Positions 10,348-19,837 are shown, numbered from the stretch's first letter. The stretch is DNA of 64,000 bases from an uncultured virus (IMG/VR IMGVR_UViG_3300025759_000061) (IMGVR_UViG_3300025759_000061:1-64000), one strand, 5' to 3'. Numbers and translations: made by a program. Notes: generated by a model not told the origin, from the sequence alone.

Positions 10348-11830
10348 AACTATCAAGATCAGTAAGATTGATGAGACAAGCCTGAAGGTACATTGCTCAT
10401 TTTCAGTGATGCAGGAGATATCGGAACAATTCACATTCCCGGCAAACAATTCAGCATACAGCCCAGCATTCCAGAGTGGCAAGTGGGACGGTAACATCCG
10501 ATTATTCAACAGACGTGCCCAGACCCTGCCTTTGGGCCTGCTGGACATTCTTGTGGCTTGGGCAGAGCATAATAAAATCAATGTGGAAATAGAAAACGAC
10601 TTCCAGTATGAGAATGAGTTTTCGGCAAAGGAAGCTGTTGAGTTTTTTGACAGTCTGGATATCCCAAAAAAGTACACAAAACGTGACTACCAGATGATGG
10701 GGTTCCTGCACGGGTTCCGGAAGAAGAGATGTATTCTTCTCTCACCCACAAACTCTGGCAAATCCATCATCATGTTCCTGTTGATATGTAAGATACTCAC
10801 ATCCGGTAAAAGTAAGGGTGTGGTGATCGTGCCGACTGTCCAGCTTGTTGAGCAGTTGTATAATGACTTCATGTCATATGGCTTGGATGTAGAAAATCTA
10901 TGCCATCGTGTACATGCAGGCACCGGCATGGGAATCAACACTGATAAGCCCATCACAATAACCACATGGCAGTCCCTTGCCAAACAACCGAAACACTTCC
11001 ATGAGCAGTTTGAATTCCTGATCGGTGATGAGGCACATCATTTCAAAGCCAAAGAGCTTAAGAAGATCATGGACAGTATGCATAATGCTGAGTACCGGAT
11101 AGGTCTGACTGGATCATTAGACGGCTCAGTGGTCCATAAATTAGCCTTGACGGGCATGTTTGGCAAGATCAAGACTCTAGCCAAGTCCCATGAGTTGATC
11201 AAGAGAGGTTTATCATCACAAACCACGGTCAAGGCACTGGTGTTAAAACACCCTAAACAGATATGCACACTGAGAACAACTGAAAAATGGGGTTATCAAC
11301 AGGAGTTGAGCTACCTGTGTCAGTGTGACTATAGGAATAAGTACATTACGAATCTGGCACTGTCTCTGGAAGGAAACAGTCTGATCCTGTTCAACTATGT
11401 TGAGAAGCATGGAAAACTGTTGAAGAAGATGATCGACAAGCACAATAAGGAAGGCAAGCATGTCTTCTACATTTCGGGTGAGACCAAGGTTGAGGAACGG
11501 TTGAAGATCACAGAGTTTGTTAAAAAGAACAACAACTGTATTGTGATTGCCAGCTATGGTACATTCTCTACCGGTATCGATCTACCCACACTTGTCAATT
11601 GCATACTGGCTATTGGGTACAAGAGTCGTATCCGGAACCTACAATCTATTGGCCGTATGTTGAGGAAGTTTGAAGACACCACTGCTACCATATTTGATAT
11701 TGGTGATGATCTGATGTCTTCGACATCAGGTTTCACGAATCATAGTTATTTGCATTTCAGAGAACGTTTGAAGCTTTGGGTTGCAGAGAGGTATAACCTC
11801 AAAACCTACAAAATCAATATTGGAGTCTGA
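10337..11830 (+). CDS. uvsW: SF2 DNA helicase UvsW
   Basis: WDGNIRLF, SPTNSGKS, DEAH, GLTGS, FSTGI, LQSIGR. Confidence 0.95.
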   Translation: MMSETIKISKIDETSLKVHCSFSVMQEISEQFTFPANNSAYSPAFQSGKWDGNIRLFNRRAQTLPLGLLDILVAWAEHNKINVEIENDFQYENEFSAKEAVEFFDSLDIPKKYTKRDYQMMGFLHGFRKKRCILLSPTNSGKSIIMFLLICKILTSGKSKGVVIVPTVQLVEQLYNDFMSYGLDVENLCHRVHAGTGMGINTDKPITITTWQSLAKQPKHFHEQFEFLIGDEAHHFKAKELKKIMDSMHNAEYRIGLTGSLDGSVVHKLALTGMFGKIKTLAKSHELIKRGLSSQTTVKALVLKHPKQICTLRTTEKWGYQQELSYLCQCDYRNKYITNLALSLEGNSLILFNYVEKHGKLLKKMIDKHNKEGKHVFYISGETKVEERLKITEFVKKNNNCIVIASYGTFSTGIDLPTLVNCILAIGYKSRIRNLQSIGRMLRKFEDTTATIFDIGDDLMSSTSGFTNHSYLHFRERLKLWVAERYNLKTYKINIGV

Positions 11831-11996
11831 TGTGATTTTTGGATTCTGGAGATGAGTCAAGCTACTTAGAAAACCATAACGACTCTATAGAATCTTAAAC
11901 GACTCTATGATCCTTAAAACGGGACAGTATACTATATAACACGACTCTGATGCCTGTCAAGAGGCAAATGAAAAAAAACTTAAAGAAAGTGACATA

Positions 11997-12590
11997 ATGA
12001 CAAAAATAATCAATAAAAAGCCAGAAAGAGACTCAATTGAATCCGATTACATAGACAAGCAGGAATTCTATGAGGTGATAGTTGGCTATAAAGAAGCATG
12101 TACGAAGGCTGAACTGGAAAGTGCTGAGAAACCCCCTATCCCAGAATATTGTGGCAAGGCCATCATGGATATTGCTGAACACTATTCATGGAACCGTAAA
12201 TTTATGGGATATTCATATCGGGATGTTATGGTGAGTGATGCCATCATGGACTGTATCAAATACTTTGACAACTTCAATGAGAAGAAATATAAAAACCCGT
12301 TGGCCTACTTCACACGGATATGCCATTTTGCATTCATAAACCGGATCAACCTTGAAGAGGAAGTCAGATACTCTATGTATAAATCGTTCGACATGACTCT
12401 GAACACAGAAGATGCTTTCATGTTGGATGACGAAACCAATCTGATCAACAACCCGGTGTATGAGCAAATCCAAGAATTCATCCAGAAATTCGAAGATAAG
12501 ATGGAACGTCGAAAACAGAAGAAGAAAGAACGGATGAGAAAAAAACGTGAAGAAGACCGGTTGGCAAAGGAAAACGAACAGAATGAGTAA
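11997..12590 (+). CDS. gp55: Late-transcription sigma factor gp55
   Basis: FMGYSYRDVMVSDAIMDCIKY, NPLAYFTRICHFAFINRI. Confidence 0.93.
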   Translation: MTKIINKKPERDSIESDYIDKQEFYEVIVGYKEACTKAELESAEKPPIPEYCGKAIMDIAEHYSWNRKFMGYSYRDVMVSDAIMDCIKYFDNFNEKKYKNPLAYFTRICHFAFINRINLEEEVRYSMYKSFDMTLNTEDAFMLDDETNLINNPVYEQIQEFIQKFEDKMERRKQKKKERMRKKREEDRLAKENEQNE

Positions 12591-13656
12591 GCTTGGACTT
12601 ATCACAGACACCCACTACGGTATCCGGAACGATAACGTCAATTTCTACAATTATATGCAGAAGTCGAATGATTATTTCATGAAGCTGTTCAAAACGGCTG
12701 GTGTGAAGACGGTGGTTCATGGTGGTGATCTGGTGGACAGACGGAAGTATATCAATTATTTCACAGCCCACCGGATGAAGACAGATTTCCTTGATCCGTG
12801 GACTAAGGAATTTGATATGCACATCATCCCCGGCAACCACGATGTTTACTACAAGGACACCAACAAGATAAACTCTCTTGATGTTCTCTTGAACGGTTAC
12901 GATATAAACATTGTACACGAGCCATCTGTGATCAATGTGGCTGGCACTAAAATCCTTCTATTGCCATGGATCAATCCAGAGAATGAAGAGAGAGTGTTAC
13001 ATGCAATATCTGAAAAGAAAGCTGAACGAATTATCGGACACTTGGAAATCCAAGGGTTTCAATTCTACCGTGGAGTTGTTAACCGGGATGGACATATGGC
13101 TGATCTTTTTGCTGAGTACAGTAGTGTTTATTCTGGTCACTTTCATCATGCTTCTTCAGAGGGTAATATAACATATCTGGGTGCTGCCTATGAATTCAAC
13201 TGGTTTGATTGTAACGATCCACGGGGTGTGAGCATACTGGATACAGAAACGGGTAAGCTGGAATTCCACCGTAACCCATACAGCATCTTCCAGATATATG
13301 AATACAATGATGAGGCAAACGAGAAGGTCATCAGGAATGACATAGAGACCGGCAAGCTCGAAAAGATGAGAGACAACTATGTCAAGATCATCGTAGCCAA
13401 GAAAACCAACCCAGCCCTTTTGGATACCCTCAGAGACGTGGTTGAATCCTATGATCCTATCGACATCAAGGTGATAGACTCCGACTTCATAACATCAGAG
13501 GATGATGAAGAGGTTGATATTGAGAATATTGAGGATACTCCAACAATAATAGATAAGCATGTTGAAAGAGTTGAGATTGCAGACGATATGAAGACCATGG
13601 TCAAGGACAAACTTCGTTCTGTGTACAATGAAGCAATAGCTTACAACAGTGTGTGA
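12583..13656 (+). CDS. gp47: Recombination endonuclease subunit gp47 (Mre11/SbcD-like)
   Basis: DTHYG, GGDLVD, GNHD, SGHFH. Confidence 0.94.
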   Translation: MSKLGLITDTHYGIRNDNVNFYNYMQKSNDYFMKLFKTAGVKTVVHGGDLVDRRKYINYFTAHRMKTDFLDPWTKEFDMHIIPGNHDVYYKDTNKINSLDVLLNGYDINIVHEPSVINVAGTKILLLPWINPENEERVLHAISEKKAERIIGHLEIQGFQFYRGVVNRDGHMADLFAEYSSVYSGHFHHASSEGNITYLGAAYEFNWFDCNDPRGVSILDTETGKLEFHRNPYSIFQIYEYNDEANEKVIRNDIETGKLEKMRDNYVKIIVAKKTNPALLDTLRDVVESYDPIDIKVIDSDFITSEDDEEVDIENIEDTPTIIDKHVERVEIADDMKTMVKDKLRSVYNEAIAYNSV

Positions 13657-13659
13657 TAG

Positions 13660-15387
13660 ATGATCAAATTCAAAAAAATAAGATGGAAAAATTTCCTTTC
13701 CACCGGCAACTCATTTAATGAGATACGGTTGGATGAATTACCCACTACGTTGATAGTGGGCAAGAACGGTTCTGGCAAGTCTACCATGCTGGATGCAATA
13801 TGCTTTGCACTGTTCGATACACCATTCCGGAAAATTACGGTTGGCTCTCTGGTTAATTCAATCAACAAGAAGGATTGCATTGCTGAGTGTGAGTTCTCTA
13901 TCAATAAGAAGAATTACATGGTCAGACGTGGCCAGAAGCCAAAGGTTTTTGAGGTGTATATTGATGGTGTGCTGCAAAATCAGGAAGCATCAAACTACCA
14001 GAAGGATTTTGAGCAGAACGTCCTGAGAATGAGCAAGGAGTCATTCACCCAGATTGATATTCTGGGGTCTGCTGTTTTCAAACCATTCATGCAGCTTGAA
14101 GCAGCCAAGAGACGTGATGTTATTGAAGACCTGCTTGATATCCAGATATTCTCACTGATGAATTCAATCATCAAGCAGCAGGCAAAGGATAACAAGGAAG
14201 CCTGCCTGATCAAGAAGGAACGGCTGTCACAGATCAAGTCCAAAATCGATATGATCAAAACAAATTTGGCACGGCTTGAGAAATCCAACAAGTCTGAGGA
14301 TGAAGCACGGCTCAATAAGATTGAAGCATTCAGTAAACAGTACGATGAGATGAAGGCTGAGACTGATTTGATTACTCAGAAGATTGCCCAGCACCGGCCA
14401 GCATATAAGAAAGCCAAAGCTGAAGATGAAAAACACCAGAAGAAGATCACACAGTTTGGTAAGGTTATTCGTGATCTGGAAATAAAGGCAGACTTCTGGC
14501 AGGAACAGTATGAGTTTTTCGAGAAGCATCCGGACTCATGTCCATCATGTAAGCAGCATATGGACCCAACCTTGAGAGAATCCAAGATGTTTGATTTAGC
14601 TGCCAAGCTTGATGAGATAGATAAGGGTTCAGTTAGAGCCAATGATTTGATGGTGGAACACCAGAAGGAATCCACAAAGATACAGAAGGCTCTTGTGAAG
14701 TTTCAGAACATGGAACGAGAAGAGGAAGATAAATTCCGGTTGGCTGAATCTATTCGTAGGCAACTGGAGACCATGAAAAAAGAGAAGCCGGTCACCCAGA
14801 CAGGTGATATCATCAAAGATACCCGTAAGGACCTAAAGAAGGCCATACAGGACGGTAAAGAGGAAGCTGGGCTATATGAGGACCTGATGAAGGAAGCAGA
14901 GGTCCTGAAGCTCTCTCTGGGCATGTTGAAGGATGATGGTATCAAGGCCAAGATCATAAATCAGTATCTCCCGGTGATCAACCAGAGGATCAATCACTAT
15001 CTGTCCCTGATGGAATTCTTTGTGTCGTTTGAGTTGGATGAGAATTTCAAGGAAACCATCAAGAGCCGTCATCTGGATAGTTTGTCATATATGAATTTCT
15101 CACAGGGTGAGAAGATGAGAATTGATATGGCACTGATGTTCACATGGAGAGAGATTGCCCGTGGCCGTAATTCTGTATCAACCAATATCCTGATACTGGA
15201 TGAGGTTATGGATTCCTCACTAGATGATGAAGGGAACGAAGAGTTCTTGAATATCATTGAGACAATAGCCAAGTCTTCTAACATATTCGTGATCAGTCAC
15301 AAGGTCCAGTCTATATCGGACAAGTTTGACCGGGTTATAGAATTTGGTAAGAAGGGTAACTTTTCAGAGATTGTTGAAAATGGGTGA
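13660..15387 (+). CDS. gp46: Recombination ATPase subunit gp46 (Rad50/SbcC-like)
   Basis: GKNGSGKS, CPSC zinc hook, FSQGEK, LILDE, ISH. Confidence 0.96.
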   Translation: MIKFKKIRWKNFLSTGNSFNEIRLDELPTTLIVGKNGSGKSTMLDAICFALFDTPFRKITVGSLVNSINKKDCIAECEFSINKKNYMVRRGQKPKVFEVYIDGVLQNQEASNYQKDFEQNVLRMSKESFTQIDILGSAVFKPFMQLEAAKRRDVIEDLLDIQIFSLMNSIIKQQAKDNKEACLIKKERLSQIKSKIDMIKTNLARLEKSNKSEDEARLNKIEAFSKQYDEMKAETDLITQKIAQHRPAYKKAKAEDEKHQKKITQFGKVIRDLEIKADFWQEQYEFFEKHPDSCPSCKQHMDPTLRESKMFDLAAKLDEIDKGSVRANDLMVEHQKESTKIQKALVKFQNMEREEEDKFRLAESIRRQLETMKKEKPVTQTGDIIKDTRKDLKKAIQDGKEEAGLYEDLMKEAEVLKLSLGMLKDDGIKAKIINQYLPVINQRINHYLSLMEFFVSFELDENFKETIKSRHLDSLSYMNFSQGEKMRIDMALMFTWREIARGRNSVSTNILILDEVMDSSLDDEGNEEFLNIIETIAKSSNIFVISHKVQSISDKFDRVIEFGKKGNFSEIVENG

Positions 15388-15580
15388 GAAGTTTATCCAT
15401 CTCAATTTCACAGTAACTAGAGACGGTGTGGATTTTGAAAAACCTGTTGAAAGAGATTATCTGATGAAGAAAAAATGTGAACACTGTAAGAAACTAACTC
15501 CAGACTGGTGCCGGTATAATGGTGGACCTGTTTTATGCTATGAGTGTGTGAAGTTCTTTAGGGATAGGGATGATGAGTAA
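15380..15580 (+). CDS. Hypothetical Zn-ribbon protein
   Basis: CEHC...CYEC. Confidence 0.5.
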   Translation: MGEKFIHLNFTVTRDGVDFEKPVERDYLMKKKCEHCKKLTPDWCRYNGGPVLCYECVKFFRDRDDE

Positions 15581-15980
15581 GGAAAAAGAACTTCTGTTTA
15601 GCATCACGGAGAGGGATTTCGTATGGTCATATTCCAGAGGGTCTGGTAAGGGTGGACAGAAACGTAACAAGACTGAGAGTGCAGTTCATTGTAAGCATCC
15701 CCCTTCCAATGCCCTTGGGTATTCTGATGAGACCAGATCACAACACAAGAACAAACGGATTGCCTTTGAGAAATGTATTGCCACAAAGGAATTCAAGGCA
15801 TGGCATAAAATAGAGATTGCAAAACACATGGGCACACACCAGATAATGGTGGATAAGGTTGAGGATATGATTCGACCTAAGAATCTAAAAGTGGAGATTT
15901 TCAAAGATGGAAGATGGAACAGTGAAGAGTCCCTATTATCTATATCGGATAGTGAAGAGCAGAACACCGGAAATTTATAA
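15570..15980 (+). CDS. Peptide chain release factor-like (GGQ) peptidyl-tRNA hydrolase domain protein
   Basis: SRGSGKGGQKRNKTESAV...HPPS...ETRSQHKNKRIA matches RF-1 domain 3. Confidence 0.88.
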   Translation: MMSKEKELLFSITERDFVWSYSRGSGKGGQKRNKTESAVHCKHPPSNALGYSDETRSQHKNKRIAFEKCIATKEFKAWHKIEIAKHMGTHQIMVDKVEDMIRPKNLKVEIFKDGRWNSEESLLSISDSEEQNTGNL

Positions 15981-16240
15981 TGTGTATCGTAGGGTGCTTG
16001 AGGCTTCTGATGATAGTTGGGAACTGGTTGGTAAGCCTCTTGGGTATTATGGTGAGCTTGAAGCTGAACACGGTGTTGCAGGATTGATCCAAGAAGATTT
16101 GGCTCTGGAACAGAAACTCAAGAAAACGGATGAGTGGATGGCTGAAGGTGATACATTCAGAGTTGTTCCACCATACCGACACCTTATTCAGGAAAATGCT
16201 TGACTTTGTAAAAAAAGTCCCTAAATACATGTGAAACGAT

Positions 16241-16315
16241 GGGGTGCTAGTGCTAACGGGAACACATTTGGTTTGCAACCAGATATTCGGGGTTCGATTC
16301 CCCGGCACTCCACCA
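16241..16315 (+). tRNA. tRNA-Ala(UGC)
   Basis: Cloverleaf, loop TT-TGC-AA, G3:U70, encoded CCA. Confidence 0.9.
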
Positions 16316-16331
16316 TAAATAAAATAGGAAA

Positions 16332-16445
16332 ATGAAAATGAAAGTTTATGCCCTTCTAGCCCTGCTTGCAGTGGCAGTTACTGGAACTGTTCTAACCGGT
16401 TGTGGACCTGCTGGTCCAGTTGGCACTGAAGACCCAGTAAAATAA
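16332..16445 (+). CDS. Small lipoprotein (37 aa)
   Basis: MKMKVYALLALLAVAVTGTVLTGC: signal peptide with LTGC lipobox; AGGA RBS. Confidence 0.6.
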   Translation: MKMKVYALLALLAVAVTGTVLTGCGPAGPVGTEDPVK

Positions 16446-16454
16446 AAAACCTAT

Positions 16455-16531
16455 CTAGGTATGGGAAAGCATGGTAATCCGTCTGGTTTGGGACCAGAAG
16501 ACCGGGGGTTCGAATCCCTCTACCTAGACCA
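16455..16531 (+). tRNA. tRNA-Pro(UGG)
   Basis: CTAGGTA/TACCTAG acceptor, TCTGG-TTTGGGA-CCAGA, CCA. Confidence 0.9.
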
Positions 16532-16741
16532 ATTATTGACATGAAAGAAACAGAATGATAAATCTTGATCAAATGCCTTCGAAAGAAGAAATGGATGAAT
16601 TTCAGAATATCGAACTTCGTCTGGAATGTCTGAAGATTGTTGGTGGAACAGAAGCTGTTGGTGTGCCACGTGAGGCCATACAGAAGGCTCAAAGACTTTT
16701 CAATTATGTCAGACATGGAACTGTAGAATAAAACGAATAAT

Positions 16742-16815
16742 GCAGGTATAGCATAGTGGCAATGTACTAGCCTTCCAAGCTAAGTAGTGGAGTTCGATTC
16801 TCCATACCTGCTCCA
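16742..16815 (+). tRNA. tRNA-Gly(UCC)
   Basis: GCAGGTA/TACCTGC, loop CT-TCC-AA, U73, CCA. Confidence 0.9.
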
Positions 16816-16963
16816 ATTTTTAAGAGAGACATACAAATGCAACGTAAAATGAAACCAATTATTATAGTTGGATCACCTTGGTTTATCAAAACCGGGACCG
16901 GTGCCTTTGTGTGTGCAGGAATAGACGGGACAGCATTGTAAGCATCCCAACTTCCAGATACAG

Positions 16964-17000
16964 AAGCCCCGGTTGAGAAAATCTCACTGGGGCTTTTTTT
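16964..17000 (+). terminator. Rho-independent terminator after short leader ORF
   Basis: AAGCCCCGGT.TGAGA-AAA-TCTCA.CTGGGGCTT plus T-run. Confidence 0.85.
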
Positions 17001-17004
17001 ATGC

Positions 17005-17050
17005 TTGACACAGTTTCCCAATCTGCTATTATGGGGTCATAGAGAAAGGG
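17005..17050 (+). promoter_or_regulatory. Repeated early sigma70-type promoter
   Basis: TTGACA-N16-TATTAT with TGC before -10, then purine-rich leader; same motif at 51313, 52281, 52590, 53166, 54214, 57896. Confidence 0.8.
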
Positions 17051-17058
17051 AAAAAACG

Positions 17059-17448
17059 ATGTACACATTTGATGAGAACATTTTCAGTGACATGTACAAG
17101 GAAGCTTTTGGAAGCCGTCCACGTAGTCACCGGTTCTATGACCCAGAAACGTCTGCTGATGAAAAGCAGATCATTTGGGATCAGGTTGCAGAAAGTGCAC
17201 AGGATAGCATTAACGAAGAAGAGTGCTTCCACTATGCTCGTGGGATCGACTTCGAAAACCGGATCACCAAGACCATTGCTCTGGGTGCAAAGGATCGTGA
17301 AGATGCCATCCGGTGGATACTTGATGGGGAAGACCTTGATGAGATGGACTTCCGGTATGGTGGTGGTTACATCTGCTTCCACTTCGGTCTGTCGTATGCA
17401 GACTATGAAGCTGAACTGAAGCAGGTTGTTGAGAAGTTTTTCGTCTGA
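17059..17448 (+). CDS. Hypothetical early protein
   Basis: Follows early promoter and RBS; SDMYKEAFGSRPR motif. Confidence 0.65.
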   Translation: MYTFDENIFSDMYKEAFGSRPRSHRFYDPETSADEKQIIWDQVAESAQDSINEEECFHYARGIDFENRITKTIALGAKDREDAIRWILDGEDLDEMDFRYGGGYICFHFGLSYADYEAELKQVVEKFFV

Positions 17449-17901
17449 GAAAGGATTGATGATGGATAATGAATTTGAAGCATACAAAAAGCAGATGCTC
17501 CAAGACCAGTTTGAACGTGGTCAACTGGATCGTCTGACCGGTCTCAATGCACACTACGGGTGTCATTTTGGGATGAGGTCTGAGAAGGAAGAATGTGTGA
17601 AGGAATATATGAGGGGTTATGAAAATCCCCCAGAGGTGGATGATGAAGGTTAAGGATATTGCAAATCGGTATCACTTGGTATCAACACCAGCACCCGGTG
17701 ATGGAACAGTCACCATTGCTGATCTTGCCAAGTACACCAAGATGGAAGGTCACCTTGGACAGCACCATTCAGGTGCATTCCATGCCATCATTGATGAATG
17801 GAAGTATGAACTGGTTGAAGCCCATAACGATTTTTATGATGGTTTCACCATCGATTTCAAGGATGGGTCCAACCTGTCGTATTATGTCTGAGAGGTAGAT
17901 A

Positions 17902-18081
17902 ATGAAGATTAAGCTTGAGTTGTGCCCTGTAGGTCTTGCAGAGGGTCTGATGACCAAAGCCCGTGAGTGGGTTGCACAGTCTCAGATGAAGGATGCAGCC
18001 ATACCTGCTGTGATTGCAGAGTATGAAGCCAACAAACTTGGTTTCACGTTATTTGATTGGAAGGTAGATAATGAAGATTAA
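17902..18081 (+). CDS. Hypothetical protein, paralog 1 (MKIKLEL...AEYEANKLGFT)
   Basis: Manually translated 59 aa ORF; duplicate of next ORF. Confidence 0.6.
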   Translation: MKIKLELCPVGLAEGLMTKAREWVAQSQMKDAAIPAVIAEYEANKLGFTLFDWKVDNED

Positions 18082-18262
18082 GCTTGAGTTAGCACCCAAA
18101 GGTGTTGCAGTGGGTATGATGGAAAAAGGTCTTAAATGGTCTGGTCAATCCAAATGGGGTAATACTGGTGGACATATAAATCTGATTATTGCAGAATATG
18201 AAGCCAACAAACTTGGTTTTACTATGTTTGAGGAAAAGGTTGGTTACGATTATGAAACGTAA
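18071..18262 (+). CDS. Hypothetical protein, paralog 2
   Basis: Shares N-terminus and AEYEANKLGFT with previous ORF. Confidence 0.6.
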   Translation: MKIKLELAPKGVAVGMMEKGLKWSGQSKWGNTGGHINLIIAEYEANKLGFTMFEEKVGYDYET

Positions 18263-18569
18263 GGATTGTATAGTCCAGAGAGAACCGAAAAAAGAACTTG
18301 ACAATCGTTGTATTGCATGTAATGGTTCTGGAAAATACGATCATAATGGGTCACCTAAGTGTGATGCCTGTAATGGAACTGGAAGGAAGATGATCATGAC
18401 GTTGGATGAAGATACTGTTGCAGATGTTGCAGAATTTCTGGAAACACTTCGACGTAGTGGTGAAACTAATATGATGGGAGCAGGTCCATATCTCAAGGAA
18501 GAGTTTGGATTTGACAAATACGAAGCCCGTGATTATCTGTTGAATTGGATGACGAATTACGGGAAGTAA
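18252..18569 (+). CDS. Hypothetical protein with CxxCxGxG zinc motifs
   Basis: CIACNGSG and CDACNGTG; C-terminal LRRSGETNMMGAGPYL. Confidence 0.55.
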   Translation: MKRKDCIVQREPKKELDNRCIACNGSGKYDHNGSPKCDACNGTGRKMIMTLDEDTVADVAEFLETLRRSGETNMMGAGPYLKEEFGFDKYEARDYLLNWMTNYGK

Positions 18570-18574
18570 AATAT

Positions 18575-18649
18575 ACACCGGTAGCTCAGTGGTAGAGCAG
18601 GAGTCTCTTAAACTCAAGGCCGTGGGTTCGACCCCCACCCGGTGTACCA
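18575..18649 (+). tRNA. tRNA-Lys(CUU)
   Basis: ACACCGG/CCGGTGT, loop CT-CTT-AA, CCA. Confidence 0.9.
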
Positions 18650-18659
18650 AAGAATTAAT

Positions 18660-18734
18660 GGGTCGGTAGCTCAGAGGCAGAGCAGGAGTCTTTTAAACTC
18701 TTGGCCGGGATTTCGAAATTCCCTCGACCCACCA
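18660..18734 (+). tRNA. tRNA-Lys(UUU)
   Basis: GGGTCGG/TCGACCC, loop CT-TTT-AA, CCA. Confidence 0.9.
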
Positions 18735-18743
18735 AGTTTATGT

Positions 18744-18817
18744 GAGGGTATAGTGTAGTGGTAACACATCTGCTTCCAAACCAGATGACCGGAGTTCGAT
18801 TCTTCGTACCCTTGCCA
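18744..18817 (+). tRNA. tRNA-Trp(CCA)
   Basis: Loop TT-CCA-AA, G73, C31-C39 mismatch, CCA. Confidence 0.8.
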
Positions 18818-19005
18818 AACTATCAGGATGATAAAAATGCTTGACAATGTAATGATGTTTGTGGTATACAGGAAGGACCCTTTTGTGGTCTACAGCATAC
18901 ATCGTACCTTTGCCGGTGCAAGTGATGTCAAGCAACAGAAGGTATCTGAGGGTGAAGACCCATTGAATGTTGAGACATATGGTCTATATGTAAGAAATTA
19001 AGAAT

Positions 19006-19081
19006 GCTTCTCTGGTGTAGTCGGTCTGCACGTCTGTTTGAAGAGCAGAAAGTCACAGTTCGATTCTGTGGGGAAGCACCA
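19006..19081 (+). tRNA. tRNA-Phe(GAA)
   Basis: GCTTCTC/GGGAAGC, TCTGT-TTGAAGA-GCAGA, CCA. Confidence 0.85.
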
Positions 19082-19098
19082 AAAAAGGTTTTTGTTTT

Positions 19099-19308
19099 AT
19101 GCTGGTTACGGTGACAACAGAAGTGAGACGATGTTATGATTGTCCTCATTTCATTAACCATCCACAAGAAGCCAGTTGTGGATTGGTGCCAAATGGTGGA
19201 TGGGATTATGTGATCAGTCACAGAGTTGCCGAAAAGGAAATTTGGGAAGGTTGTCCCTTGAATAAAGAGGTTGATCATGTCGATGGTAGTTTAAAAATAG
19301 CAAAGTAG
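19099..19308 (+). CDS. Hypothetical Cys-rich protein
   Basis: CYDCPH...C...CPL. Confidence 0.5.
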   Translation: MLVTVTTEVRRCYDCPHFINHPQEASCGLVPNGGWDYVISHRVAEKEIWEGCPLNKEVDHVDGSLKIAK

Positions 19309-19417
19309 CCTGTTGATAATCGAGTGCACGGACAGTAGGGTGAAAGCTTAAGGTAGAACGTCAGATAAGCTCTGGAAATATGGGTTCGATTCCCATCCAA
19401 AGACACAACCAAGGAAG

Positions 19418-19762
19418 TTGATCATGAAGTATAAAGAACGTGAATATCGGATAGTGCCGTCTGAAACCAAAATTAATTGTTATTGGGTTCAGTACAGAGA
19501 CAAATCACGTTTCATTCCAAATTTTTGGAAAACTGATGTTGATTATGAGGGTGACGGTCTGTACATACATTGTGTGAAAATCAACTATCCGGATGGAAAA
19601 TCTGCTGAGAAAAGAATTAGGGAGAAGATGGAAGATCACTCACGTTTCTTCAATAGACAAATTAATGATGAGATAAAAGCTTCTATGTTACGTGCATGGG
19701 CCGGTTCCATTGAGCCACGTAAAGTTCCACCGTTTCTCTTTGATGAAGATGAAAAAGAATAA
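19418..19762 (+). CDS. Hypothetical protein
   Basis: ORF between tRNA genes. Confidence 0.55.
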   Translation: MIMKYKEREYRIVPSETKINCYWVQYRDKSRFIPNFWKTDVDYEGDGLYIHCVKINYPDGKSAEKRIREKMEDHSRFFNRQINDEIKASMLRAWAGSIEPRKVPPFLFDEDEKE

Positions 19763-19763
19763 T

Positions 19764-19837
19764 GGTCCCATCGTCTAAGGGTAAGGCAGTCACCTGATTA
19801 GTGACATATCGGAGTTCGAATCTCTGTGGGACTACCA
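19764..19837 (+). tRNA. tRNA-Ile(GAU), atypical U37
   Basis: GGTCCCA/TGGGACT, GTCAC-CTGATTA-GTGAC, CCA. Confidence 0.75.

Noticed and set aside
15570..15980. Stop-codon reassignment suggested by release-factor-like gene and many tRNAs
   Set aside because: Core genes are intact in the standard code and end in TAA, TAG and TGA; no suppressor anticodon found
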